DNA from: Acidilobaceae archaeon
GTDB lineage: Archaea; Thermoproteota; Thermoprotei_A; Sulfolobales; Acidilobaceae
Direction: 5' to 3'
NCBI GenBank assembly: GCA_038897215.1
Contig: JAWAWX010000001.1
Span: forward strand, 736,001 to 800,000
Length of the DNA stretch: 64,000 bases
Shown: positions 18,940 to 28,165 of the stretch, one piece after another
How the letters are laid out: each line of letters opens with the position of its first letter
Position numbering within the stretch: position 1 is the stretch's first letter
The notes under the pieces: model-generated
Seen by the model: only the letters and a program-made list of their open reading frames with translations
What the model was told of the DNA's origin: nothing
The model's database searches: none
Position numbers and translations under genes: made by a program

Positions 18940-19788
18940 ATAAGGTATGGTCCAGCAGGGCTCCCTATAGACTATAGGGGGGCTCTAGAGGGGGTTCCAG
19001 CTTATCTGCGAAGCCTCGGCTTAGACGCCTTCGAGTACGAGGCGGTACACGGGGTCAAAGTGAGCGAAGAGAGAGCTAGAGCTCTAGGAGCTCAAGCCAG
19101 GTCTCTCGATGTCAGAGTCTCTCTACACGGCCCATATTACATAAATCTAGCTAGCACAGACAAGGAGGTCGTGGCTAGAAGCGTGGAGAGGATAGTCGAG
19201 TCCATGAAGGCTGCTGAATGGATGGGAGCCGAGGCTGTTGTCATACACACAGGCTACTATAAAGGGAATCCGAGCAAGAAGGCGGCTCTAGATAGAGCGA
19301 TAGCGGCCTACAAGACGGCTCTCGAGAGCCTACCGAGCTGGGTCAAAACCCCATTAATCGCTCCAGAGACTATGGGGAAGGATTCTCAGATAGGGACCGT
19401 GGAAGAGATCATAGAGATATGCAGACAAATAGGTAGATGCAAGCCCTGCATAGACTGGGCTCACCTATATGCTAGATACGAGGGTAGATTCGTTACTAGA
19501 CTCGACGATGTACTCAAGGTTATAGAGCTCGTAGAGCGAGAGCTCGGCCAAGAGGCAGTCAATCCTCTCCACACACACTTCTCCAAGATAGAGTACGGGA
19601 GAGGAGGGGAGAGAGAGCACAAGACGCTAGCCGAGAAAGACTACGGTCCAGACTGGAGCCTAGTATGCAGAGCCTACTTAGAGGCGGGGGTAGAGGCGGT
19701 AGTCATAAGCGAGAGCCCTCTCCTAGACAGAGACGCTTTACTCATGAAGAGTCTCTGCGAGGAGGTCGAGAAGTCTAGAGCTAAATAG
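18940..19788 (+). CDS. nfo: Endonuclease IV-like TIM-barrel AP endonuclease (start uncertain)
   Basis: IRYGPAG N-terminal motif upstream of the called ORF; HGPYYINL, PETMGK, DWAH, HTHFS, EH ligands. Confidence 0.85.
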   Translation: MRYGPAGLPIDYRGALEGVPAYLRSLGLDAFEYEAVHGVKVSEERARALGAQARSLDVRVSLHGPYYINLASTDKEVVARSVERIVESMKAAEWMGAEAVVIHTGYYKGNPSKKAALDRAIAAYKTALESLPSWVKTPLIAPETMGKDSQIGTVEEIIEICRQIGRCKPCIDWAHLYARYEGRFVTRLDDVLKVIELVERELGQEAVNPLHTHFSKIEYGRGGEREHKTLAEKDYGPDWSLVCRAYLEAGVEAVVISESPLLDRDALLMKSLCEEVEKSRAK

Positions 19789-19826
19789 GCCTAGCTAACG
19801 CCTAGAGGAGACTCGGTGCTCGAGAA

Positions 19827-20162
19827 GTGGCTAAGCCTACTAGGGTTATCCTGGCTTCAGCAGAGTTCCACCCTCTCCACAAAGACTGGGTGAGGCTAGC
19901 TCAGAGATTGGCGAAAGCTCTAGGAGTAGAGCTAGAGGTCAAGCTAGAAGACTACGTCTTCGTGAACGAGTACGGCGAGAAAGATGACTTCGGGATGGCC
20001 TGGCTTCCTCAGCTCTTCCTAGCTCTAGACGACAACAGGATAGTCCTCTTACTCAGCCAGTATCCCTTCGATAAGACTACGCTGAAGCCCGATGAGAGTC
20101 TAGCAGTTCAAGAGCTCAAGAAGAAGCTAGAAGAGCTAGGCGTAGAGCCCGGAGCTCTCTAG
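19827..20162 (+). CDS. Conserved hypothetical protein, thioredoxin-like fold without CxxC
   Basis: FHPLHK, EDY, GMAWLPQLF (cis-Pro-like) pattern. Confidence 0.5.
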   Translation: MAKPTRVILASAEFHPLHKDWVRLAQRLAKALGVELEVKLEDYVFVNEYGEKDDFGMAWLPQLFLALDDNRIVLLLSQYPFDKTTLKPDESLAVQELKKKLEELGVEPGAL

Positions 20163-20258
20163 CTAGCTCTCTCAAGCCTAGAAGACAGCTATCTCCGAGA
20201 CTCAGCAGTGCTCTAGTCTTTAAGGCTCTCAGCTCACTACAAGATACTAGGGCTCTGC

Positions 20259-22655
20259 GTGCCGGTAAGAGTCTCCTTCCAGCTCCTAGATGCGAGCTAC
20301 GAGATTCAGGGTGGAGAGGCTAAGATAATCCTCTGGGCCAGGCTAGCTGACGGCAGGAGAGCTGTTCTAATCTACGAGGGCTTCAAGCCGTACTTCTACG
20401 CTCTACTAGACGAGAGCGCTGACGCGGCCAAGGTAGCGCAAGAGGTCAGAAGACTCTCTAAGCCCTCAAGCCCCATAGTCTCCGTCGAGACTCAAGAGAA
20501 GAGGCTCTACGGGAGACCCTGTAGAGTTCTAAAGATAACCACCACTATCCCCACAGCTGTGAGAGAGTATAGAGAAGAGGTTGCTAAGATAAGGGGGGTC
20601 AAGGAGGTTCTAGAAGCCGACATAAGGTTCGCTATGAGATTCCTAATAGACAAAAACCTTTATCCCATGAGGTGGTACATAGCGGAGGCTCAAGAGCACC
20701 TAAATCCAGGCTACTACGGTGTCGACTCTGTCTACAAGATTACTGGAGAAGTCGTGGAGGACGAGTCGAAGGTCAACGTAGACCCTCTAGAAGGCTTGAG
20801 AATCCTGGCTTTCGACATTGAAGTATTTAATCTAATGAGGACCCCTAATCCGAAGAAAGACCCAGTGATAATGATCGGAATACTACCCCATCCTGGGGAT
20901 GACGAGCCCACTATACTTGAAGCAAGAGGTAGCGATGACTCCGAGCTTATAGCTAGATTTGTGTCAGAGCTTAAGTCCAGAGATCCCGATGTCATTGTCG
21001 GCTATAACCAGAACAGGTTTGACTGGCCTTACCTGATAGAGAGAGCTAGGCTACACGGCATTCAGCTAGATGTAGGGAGGAGGAGAGGGGGGTCTCCTCA
21101 GTCTAGCTCCTTCGGCCACATCTCTATACCCGGCAGGCTCAACGTAGACCTTCTAGATTTCGCTATGGAGATCCATGAGGTGAAAGTGAAGAGCTTAGAC
21201 GAGGTAGCCGACTACTTGGGGGTCATGAGTAAAGAGGAGAGAGTGAATCTAGAGTGGTGGCAGATAGGCGAGTACTGGATGGACTCCTCCAAGAGACAGG
21301 TTCTGAGAAGGTATCTGAGAGACGACGTTGTGTCCACTATGAGGCTAGCTCTAAAACTCCTCCCCTTCGGAGCACAACTAAGCCAGATCAGTGGTCTTCC
21401 TCTAGACCAGGTTATGGCGGCTAGCGTAGGCCACAGGCTGGAGTGGAGGCTGATTAGAGAAGCCTACAAGAGAGGAGAGCTAGTCCCCAACAGGCTCTGG
21501 AGAGGAGAGGAGAGCTATGAGGGAGCCATAGTCTTAGAGCCTAAGCCCGGCATACACGAAAACATAGCCGTCCTAGACTTTGCTAGCATGTATCCAAACA
21601 TAATGGTAAAGTATAACGTAGGCCCCGATACCCTAGTGAGGCTAGGAGAGGGGGCTGGAGAAGTCTACATAGCTCCCGAGACCGGCCATAGGTTCAGAAG
21701 AGAGCCTCCCGGCTTCTTCAAGAGTGTCTTGGAGAGATTCCTGAGGTGGAGAAGGGAGATCAAGAAGATTATGGATAAGATGCCGAGAGACTCTCCCGAG
21801 TACAGGCTTCTCGATGAGAGACAGAAGGCGATCAAGGTCTTAGCTAACGCAAGCTACGGCTACATGGGCTGGGTTTCAGCTAGGTGGTATTGCAGAGAGT
21901 GTGCTGAAGCAGTAACAGCCTGGGGCAGGACTCTGATAAAGTCCGCTATAGCTAAAGCTAGAGAGCTCGGGCTACCGGTAGTCTACGGTGACACAGACAG
22001 CCTCTTCGTGTTATACGATGAGAGCAAGATAGAGAAGCTAGTAGAGTTCGTGGAGGAAGAGCTAGGCTTCGACATAAAGATAGACAAGGTGTACAAGAAG
22101 GTATTCTTCACTGAAGCCAAGAAGAGATACGTGGGTCTCACCTCAGACGGCAAGATAGACGTTGTGGGATTTGAGGCAGTTAGAGGGGACTGGAGCGAGC
22201 TAGCGAAGGAAGCTCAAGCCACAGTAGCCGAGATCGTGCTCAAGACCGAGTCCACGGAGAGAGCCGTAGAGTACGTGAACTCTCTCATAGACTCGCTGAG
22301 AGGCAGGAGAGTAAGTATAGATAAGCTGGTCATATGGAAGACTCTCACCAGGAGAATCGACGAGTACAAGGTAGAGCAGCCACACGTGGTAGCAGCTAAG
22401 ATGATGGTGAAAGCGGGGATCAGGGTAGAGCCGGGTGATAAGATAGGATACGTAATAGTCCGAGGCTCCGGCCCGCTTTCCGCTAGAGCGAAACCGTATT
22501 TCATGGCGTCACTCGATGAGATAGATGTAGACTATTACGTTGAGAAACAGGTGATACCAGCGGTCATGAGGATACTCGGATTCTTCGGAGTCTCGGAGAA
22601 GAGGCTTAAAGGGTCTCCTCAAAAAAGCCTCCTAGACTTCCTCGGCTCTAGCTAA
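20259..22655 (+). CDS. polB3: Family B DNA polymerase (PolB3 type)
   Basis: Exo FDIE and GYNQNRFD; pol DFASMYP, KVLANASYG, YGDTDS; PIP QKSLLDF. Confidence 0.95.
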   Translation: MPVRVSFQLLDASYEIQGGEAKIILWARLADGRRAVLIYEGFKPYFYALLDESADAAKVAQEVRRLSKPSSPIVSVETQEKRLYGRPCRVLKITTTIPTAVREYREEVAKIRGVKEVLEADIRFAMRFLIDKNLYPMRWYIAEAQEHLNPGYYGVDSVYKITGEVVEDESKVNVDPLEGLRILAFDIEVFNLMRTPNPKKDPVIMIGILPHPGDDEPTILEARGSDDSELIARFVSELKSRDPDVIVGYNQNRFDWPYLIERARLHGIQLDVGRRRGGSPQSSSFGHISIPGRLNVDLLDFAMEIHEVKVKSLDEVADYLGVMSKEERVNLEWWQIGEYWMDSSKRQVLRRYLRDDVVSTMRLALKLLPFGAQLSQISGLPLDQVMAASVGHRLEWRLIREAYKRGELVPNRLWRGEESYEGAIVLEPKPGIHENIAVLDFASMYPNIMVKYNVGPDTLVRLGEGAGEVYIAPETGHRFRREPPGFFKSVLERFLRWRREIKKIMDKMPRDSPEYRLLDERQKAIKVLANASYGYMGWVSARWYCRECAEAVTAWGRTLIKSAIAKARELGLPVVYGDTDSLFVLYDESKIEKLVEFVEEELGFDIKIDKVYKKVFFTEAKKRYVGLTSDGKIDVVGFEAVRGDWSELAKEAQATVAEIVLKTESTERAVEYVNSLIDSLRGRRVSIDKLVIWKTLTRRIDEYKVEQPHVVAAKMMVKAGIRVEPGDKIGYVIVRGSGPLSARAKPYFMASLDEIDVDYYVEKQVIPAVMRILGFFGVSEKRLKGSPQKSLLDFLGSS

Positions 22656-22667
22656 CGACACGGAGAC

Positions 22668-23966
22668 TCATAGCCCGAGATCAGCGAACGTGAGTATCTT
22701 CAACGCGGGACTCTTGGGTAGCACCTTGCTCCCAGCTCGAGCACCCACGAGTAGGCTCACGTTCTTCTCTACAGCTACGTCGGCTAGTCTCTGAGTGATT
22801 ATTCCGTCTAGTATCACTGCGTAAGCTTTGCCTGCTTCTAGGCTCTGCATGGTGTTGAATAGATCCTTCACCTTGACTCTCATAACCTCATTCCAGTTAG
22901 CGTCATAGACTATAGCTTCTAGAGTGCCCTTGAGGCGCCCGATATTCTCCAAGATGCTCTTAGGTATAGCCAGAGTAGTCATCTCGATCTCCGGCTGGGG
23001 AGCTGGAGGAGCTTCTGGAGGAGCTACAGCCACTGCCTCAGCTCGAGCAACGGGAGGAGCCTCTACTCTAGCCTCAGCCGCGGGAGCCTCTACCTCCGGC
23101 AAGACTGTAGGCTTGGGTGTGGGTGGAGCTACCTCAACTTGAGGCTTTAGGCTCTTAGCGAATTCATCTGCTGGGATCATCTCACTTAACGCTTTAGCTA
23201 TCTCTTTTGCTGTAAGCTTCTCAACCTCTCTACCTCTCGGAGCTCTAGCCACGTAGTCGATCTTCATCTGGCTTAATACATTCATAGCTATCAGCTCTCC
23301 TCCTCTATCTCCGTCAACGAATAAGACTACCTTCTTGGCTTCAGCGAGCTTCTTCAAGCTCTCCGGCACTCTCTCTCTAGCTCCTTCTAGAGCGATCACG
23401 TTCTCGTAGCCGTATCTGAGGAGATTCACGACATCAGCTCTACCCTCAACAACTATCAGGGTATCGGCTGTCTCTACCTGAGGGCCTGCAGGTAGCCTCT
23501 CAGGGCCGTACTCTATCACTCTAGGGACTTTGAGTAAGTCCTCTTCGACCTGCCTTATGATCTCCTTTATGTCTGGCTCTTCCTCCTTGATCTTCCTCAA
23601 TATCTCCTTAGCTCTATCGATGATGTATTTGATCTTCTCTGCTCTCAAGTCTCTGACCTCCTCGACTATCAAGCGGGCAGAGTAGGGCCCTACTTTGTCC
23701 ACGGTTTCGAGCATAGCTGCTAGAATAGCTGTCTCTACTCTATCGAGATTACTCGGAACCTGGATAGAGCCTAGAGTCTTGCTCCCAACGTGTCTCAAGT
23801 CGATCAAGACTCTGCCGATTTTATCCTTCTCCTGGAGTTCTTCTAGGTTGAATGCAGAGCCGAGTAGCCCCTCTGTCTGCCCAAAGATAGCGCCTATTAT
23901 ATCGTGCCTCTCTACCTTCCCATCTACTTCTATCCTCGCTTTAATCATATACTTCACAAACACCAC
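22668..23966 (-). CDS. dnaG: Archaeal DnaG (exosome-associated TOPRIM protein)
   Basis: GAIFGQTEGLLG, VVEGRADV, DGDRGG, DGIITQRL. Confidence 0.95.
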   Translation of the reverse strand: MVFVKYMIKARIEVDGKVERHDIIGAIFGQTEGLLGSAFNLEELQEKDKIGRVLIDLRHVGSKTLGSIQVPSNLDRVETAILAAMLETVDKVGPYSARLIVEEVRDLRAEKIKYIIDRAKEILRKIKEEEPDIKEIIRQVEEDLLKVPRVIEYGPERLPAGPQVETADTLIVVEGRADVVNLLRYGYENVIALEGARERVPESLKKLAEAKKVVLFVDGDRGGELIAMNVLSQMKIDYVARAPRGREVEKLTAKEIAKALSEMIPADEFAKSLKPQVEVAPPTPKPTVLPEVEAPAAEARVEAPPVARAEAVAVAPPEAPPAPQPEIEMTTLAIPKSILENIGRLKGTLEAIVYDANWNEVMRVKVKDLFNTMQSLEAGKAYAVILDGIITQRLADVAVEKNVSLLVGARAGSKVLPKSPALKILTFADLGL

Positions 23967-24061
23967 CCCGAAGGCCGAGCTCTCAGACTTCTCTTATACA
24001 GTTAGCTTAAGAGGCTTTATTTAAGCTAGTCTCTCCTCGATTGAGTGCTCAGCGAGCAAAG

Positions 24062-25240
24062 CTATGTTGCCTGCCGGCTGGAGTCCAAGGACTCTAGGTA
24101 GATCGACTTAAGGAGCTCTCTCGAAACAGCTACGGGCGATAGGCTCAGCTGTACTGGGAAGAGTTCGAGAGCTCTCTCCACCACCTCTTCAGCGTGGTCC
24201 GTGGAGAACCCGTAGCTGCGCAGACTCTCAGCGAAGCCTAGAGACTCTTGGAAGCGGGCTAGCGCTCTCGCGAAGACCTCCGGGTTATCTCCGCTCTCTC
24301 CAGGCTCGAGGAGAGGCTGGAGTATCGACGAGCACGTCTCTAGAGCTTCTGAGCATATGTGCTTAATAGCCGCTGGCCCTAGGATGGCGAGCCCAGCTCC
24401 GTGAGCTAGGCTTTGGTTGAGGCCTGTTAGCACGTGCTCCAGCACGTGTATTACGTGTGTCCTAGCGTTATCGATAGCTATGCCAGCAGTGAGTGCGGCA
24501 TACATCAGCCAGTATCTTGCCTCAACGTCTTCGGGTTTATTCAGAGCTCTAGGCAGATACCTAGCTATCAGCTTGACCCCCTCACTAGCCAGTGTTGTCA
24601 CCATAGGGGATGAGGCTCTAGAGGTAGAGGCTTCTATGAAATGGTAGAGAGCATCAAGGCTAGTGTACACTATTTGCTCTCTCGGCATGGTTAGAGTGTA
24701 GGTTGGGTCATCGACTGACACCATTGGGTAGAAGTAGTCGCTAGCTAGTCCTAGCTTCACTCTACTAGAGTTGTCAGAGATAACGCTATACCTATCCACC
24801 TCGCTACCAGTCCCGTGAGTCAAGTTGACAGCGATAACTGGAAGCGAGCCGCAGGGAGAACATCTACCCTCCAGGTAGTCTCTGGCAGCGCACCCGCAGA
24901 CAGCAACCACTGAAGCCAGCTTAGCCGTGTCTATAACACTACCGCCTCCCAGAGCGACTAAGCAGTCAGCTCCACCTCTCCAAGCCGCTTCAGCAACCTT
25001 ATCCACAGTCTCGACTGAAGGATTGGGCTCAACGCCCTGATAGAGAGAGACCTGAAGCCCGAGTCTTGAAGCTATCTTCTGGAAGTCTCCTAGAGCACCA
25101 CTGGAGAGAGCTCCCCTCCTGCCTGTCAACACCAGCACTCTCGAGAATCTCCTAAGATGCTCTTCGAGCATGGCGATCGACCCGGCTCCGAAGAACACCT
25201 GTGTTCTACCATACCTCAACGTGAAGCCTTTCAGTCGCAT
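24062..25240 (-). CDS. Iron-containing alcohol dehydrogenase
   Basis: EPNP, GGGSVID, HGTGSE, D/H/H/H metal ligands. Confidence 0.9.
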   Translation of the reverse strand: MRLKGFTLRYGRTQVFFGAGSIAMLEEHLRRFSRVLVLTGRRGALSSGALGDFQKIASRLGLQVSLYQGVEPNPSVETVDKVAEAAWRGGADCLVALGGGSVIDTAKLASVVAVCGCAARDYLEGRCSPCGSLPVIAVNLTHGTGSEVDRYSVISDNSSRVKLGLASDYFYPMVSVDDPTYTLTMPREQIVYTSLDALYHFIEASTSRASSPMVTTLASEGVKLIARYLPRALNKPEDVEARYWLMYAALTAGIAIDNARTHVIHVLEHVLTGLNQSLAHGAGLAILGPAAIKHICSEALETCSSILQPLLEPGESGDNPEVFARALARFQESLGFAESLRSYGFSTDHAEEVVERALELFPVQLSLSPVAVSRELLKSIYLESLDSSRQAT

Positions 25241-25417
25241 AGATACCGCCAGATGAGAGAAGAGTCGAGGGAACTAATAGAGAAACGCTTGTGGTTCTAG
25301 CTGAGAGCTCCTCCAACTCTCAATACGTGAGACGAGCCGAAAAGATAGGGGAGACTGACTGAAGGCTCGCGCGGCTCGGAGTCTCAAAAAGTGGTCATCT
25401 GGAAGAACTTGTGTACG

Positions 25418-25480
25418 CTAGAAGCCGAATAGCCCGGCGAGCCCCGAGGATAGGTCTACCTCTTCCTCCTTCTTCTCCTC
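25418..25480. repeat. Left copy of a 63-bp inverted repeat (partner 27908-27970) formed by the rpl12/rpl10 3' ends
   Basis: 59/63 nt identity, all four differences synonymous. Confidence 0.85.
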
Positions 25481-25759
25481 CTTCTTCTCCTCAACTGTCT
25501 GTGTTGTCGTTGACTGCGCGGCAGGCTGTGTTGTAGCGACTGCAGCAGGCGCAGCGGCTGGCGCTGCTAGTAGCGCCTGTTTGAGAACACTCTCTAGGTC
25601 GATTTGAGAGAGACTAGCTACTAGCATCTTGATTCTAACAGGGTCCGGCTCTAGCCCTAGAGCTCTCACAATCTTCTCTAGAGCATCCTCCGTTATTGGT
25701 CGCCCAGCGTAGTATAGAGCTAGCGCAGCGTGAACGTACGCCTTGCCTTCACTAGGCAT
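25418..25759 (-). CDS. rpl12: 50S stalk protein P1 (aL12)
   Basis: YVHAALAL, Ala-rich hinge, EEKKEE, GLAGLFGF tail. Confidence 0.95.
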   Translation of the reverse strand: MPSEGKAYVHAALALYYAGRPITEDALEKIVRALGLEPDPVRIKMLVASLSQIDLESVLKQALLAAPAAAPAAVATTQPAAQSTTTQTVEEKKEEKKEEEVDLSSGLAGLFGF

Positions 25760-25926
25760 TCTCCACTACACCCCGCGAAGGCTAGCTGGCTGTAGACTTA
25801 TAAACATTTTAGTGGCAGTAAGCAGAGACTTCGCAAGACCCTCCAAGAGCTCCAGCTTTTCTGAGGGATGGAGAGGAAGGCCAGGCTTTATTAAGCCTCT
25901 ATCTTAGGGCTCTCAGGGGATAGCGT

Positions 25927-26247
25927 ATGGGCAAAGGAGGCCAGACTAGACCCAGCGCTACCGAGCTTTTACTCAAGGCTGTGAAGGCGTCTGAGCCTAG
26001 TGGTGACCCTGCTCACAAGAAGATAGGAGACCTGCCTCTAGAGAAGATCGTGGAGATAGCTATCGAGAAAAAGCCCGACCTGTTAGCTAAGAGTCTGAAA
26101 GCAGCCGTGAAGACTATCCTAGGCTCTGCTAGAAGCATCGGGATCACGGTGAACGGAAAGGACCCCAAGATAGTGAGCAAGGAGATAGACGAGGGGCTAC
26201 ACGACGAGCTACTGAAGCGTTACGAAGACAAATGGGTTACGGCTTAG
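25927..26247 (+). CDS. rpl11: Ribosomal protein uL11, C-terminal rRNA-binding domain only
   Basis: [23 protein letters not shown]; 106 aa with no N-terminal domain. Confidence 0.9.
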   Translation: MGKGGQTRPSATELLLKAVKASEPSGDPAHKKIGDLPLEKIVEIAIEKKPDLLAKSLKAAVKTILGSARSIGITVNGKDPKIVSKEIDEGLHDELLKRYEDKWVTA

Positions 26248-26303
26248 ATTCAAGAACGCTTTTATAGAGTCTAGAGTGTGGAGTCGGAGAGGGTGTCTAC
26301 TCG

Positions 26304-26939
26304 ATGCCGGTAGATGAGAAGAGTCTCAGAGACGCTATCGCTAAAGCGCTAGAGTCTAGGAGGAGGCGTTTCACTCAAGGAGTTGAGCTTCAGATCGTGC
26401 TGAGAGGCGTAGACCCGAAGTCTCAAGAGGGGAGGATCAGAGAGACAGTGTTTCTACCCCACGGTGTGGGGAGAGAGGTCAGAGTGTGCGTGATAGCGGA
26501 AGGCGATATGCTGATAGCTGCTAGAAGCATCCCGGGCATACAAGTCTACTCGAGGCAGGATGTTCAAGCTCTAGATAAGAAAAGCGCGAGAAAGCTCGCG
26601 GAGTCGTGCGACTGGGTCTTAGTGAGAGCAGACCTAATGGGTGTAGCGGGCAAGGTTCTAGGCCCGGCTCTAGGCCCTCGAGGTAAGATACTCGTCCCCG
26701 TCCCCCCCAATGCCAACATAGCGGACCTCGTGGAGAGATATAAGAGAGCAGTCTTGGTCAGAGCTAGAGGACAGCCTCAGATAGGCTGCAGGATCGGAGC
26801 AGAGGATATGGATGTCTCGCAACTCGTGGAGAACGCTAAAGCCGTGCTCTCGCTAGTAGAGTCTAAGCTGGGCGCGGACAAGATAGGAGCGATATACGTC
26901 AAGAAGACTATGGCGCCCCCGGTAGCTGTTCTGAGGTGA
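26304..26939 (+). CDS. rpl1: Ribosomal protein uL1
   Basis: RRFTQGVEL, LPHG, LGPALGPRGK, KKTM. Confidence 0.95.
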   Translation: MPVDEKSLRDAIAKALESRRRRFTQGVELQIVLRGVDPKSQEGRIRETVFLPHGVGREVRVCVIAEGDMLIAARSIPGIQVYSRQDVQALDKKSARKLAESCDWVLVRADLMGVAGKVLGPALGPRGKILVPVPPNANIADLVERYKRAVLVRARGQPQIGCRIGAEDMDVSQLVENAKAVLSLVESKLGADKIGAIYVKKTMAPPVAVLR

Positions 26940-27970
26940 TGCTCGTGGCTCTAGCTGTGAGAGCGAGAAAGGTTCAGCCTTGGAAGCTAGAGGTAGTAGA
27001 GGAGCTCAAGACTCTATTCACTAAACACTCTACAGTAATGATAGCGGACTTGACGAGCACTCCCACCAATGTAGTGCAAAAGATAAGGAAGGAGTTGCGG
27101 AAAGTAGGAGAAACGCGTGTAGCCAAGAAGACTTTAATACTGAAAGCTGTTGAGTCTCTAGGGTTCGACAAGAGCTCTCTCGAAGACACTCTTCGCGGCA
27201 CAACTCTCCTGATATTCACTAACGAGAACCCCTTCAGACTCTACTCGATCATAGAGTCTCTCAAGGTCTCAGTTGACGCTAAGCCAGGTCAAATAGCACC
27301 TAAAGATATTGTGGTTCCAGAAGGGCCTACCAACATACCAGCTGGTCCAATGCTCGGAGTCCTCGGTAGGCTCAAGATTCCCTACGAGGTCAGAGGCGGT
27401 AAAGCTTACATCAAGAAGTCGACAGTCGTGGTGAAAGCCGGTCAGACGATAACCCCGGAGGTCGCTAGCGTTCTCCAGAAGATAGGAGTAAAGCCTATAG
27501 AGGTCTCTCTCAAGGTAGTCGCGGCATACGATAGAGGAGTAGTGATCCCAGCTAGTAGCCTAAAGCTCGACCTCGAATCGGTCACCAAAGAGTTTTCTGA
27601 CGCTGCTCAAGAGCTCCTGAAGGTGGCTGTAGAAGCAGCGTTATTCGATGTAGACGTAGCTTTACCCATAATGCTCCAGCACGCTGAGAGAAGAGTAGAA
27701 GCAGTCGCGGGAGAACTCGCTATACCAGCACCCGGTCTACTAGAGCCGGCTTTGAGGAGAGCTATAGCAGAGGTGGCGGCAATAGCGCTAGCTCTAGGAG
27801 AGAAAGCAAAAGAGTTAGGAATAGAGGACATCGTAGCACTACAGCAGACCCCAGCTCCACAACAGCAAGTAGCGGAGACACAGCAAGCACCTGAGCGGAA
27901 GGAAGAAGAGGAGAAGAAAGAGGAAGAGGTAGACCTATCCTCAGGACTCGCTGGGCTATTCGGCTTCTAG
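26936..27970 (+). CDS. rpl10: Ribosomal protein uL10 (aP0)
   Basis: WKLEVVEEL, KPGQIAPKDIVVPEGPT, acidic tail GLAGLFGF. Confidence 0.95.
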   Translation: MMLVALAVRARKVQPWKLEVVEELKTLFTKHSTVMIADLTSTPTNVVQKIRKELRKVGETRVAKKTLILKAVESLGFDKSSLEDTLRGTTLLIFTNENPFRLYSIIESLKVSVDAKPGQIAPKDIVVPEGPTNIPAGPMLGVLGRLKIPYEVRGGKAYIKKSTVVVKAGQTITPEVASVLQKIGVKPIEVSLKVVAAYDRGVVIPASSLKLDLESVTKEFSDAAQELLKVAVEAALFDVDVALPIMLQHAERRVEAVAGELAIPAPGLLEPALRRAIAEVAAIALALGEKAKELGIEDIVALQQTPAPQQQVAETQQAPERKEEEEKKEEEVDLSSGLAGLFGF

Positions 27971-28165
27971 CTCGAGGACTCTCAGCTAGCCTCCTCCTCG
28001 AACTCTTCCATCTAGCTAGCCGGGCTCACTCTGAGAGCTCAGAGCTCTACCGTGGTCTAACGTGTCTAAATCCTCGGAAAAGCTCGGATGATTCTCACTA
28101 CAGGTCTTTACCTTCTTCCTCCGCTTTATAAGTTTCCGCTTTTGCTCAGACTCGGGGCTCGAGTC

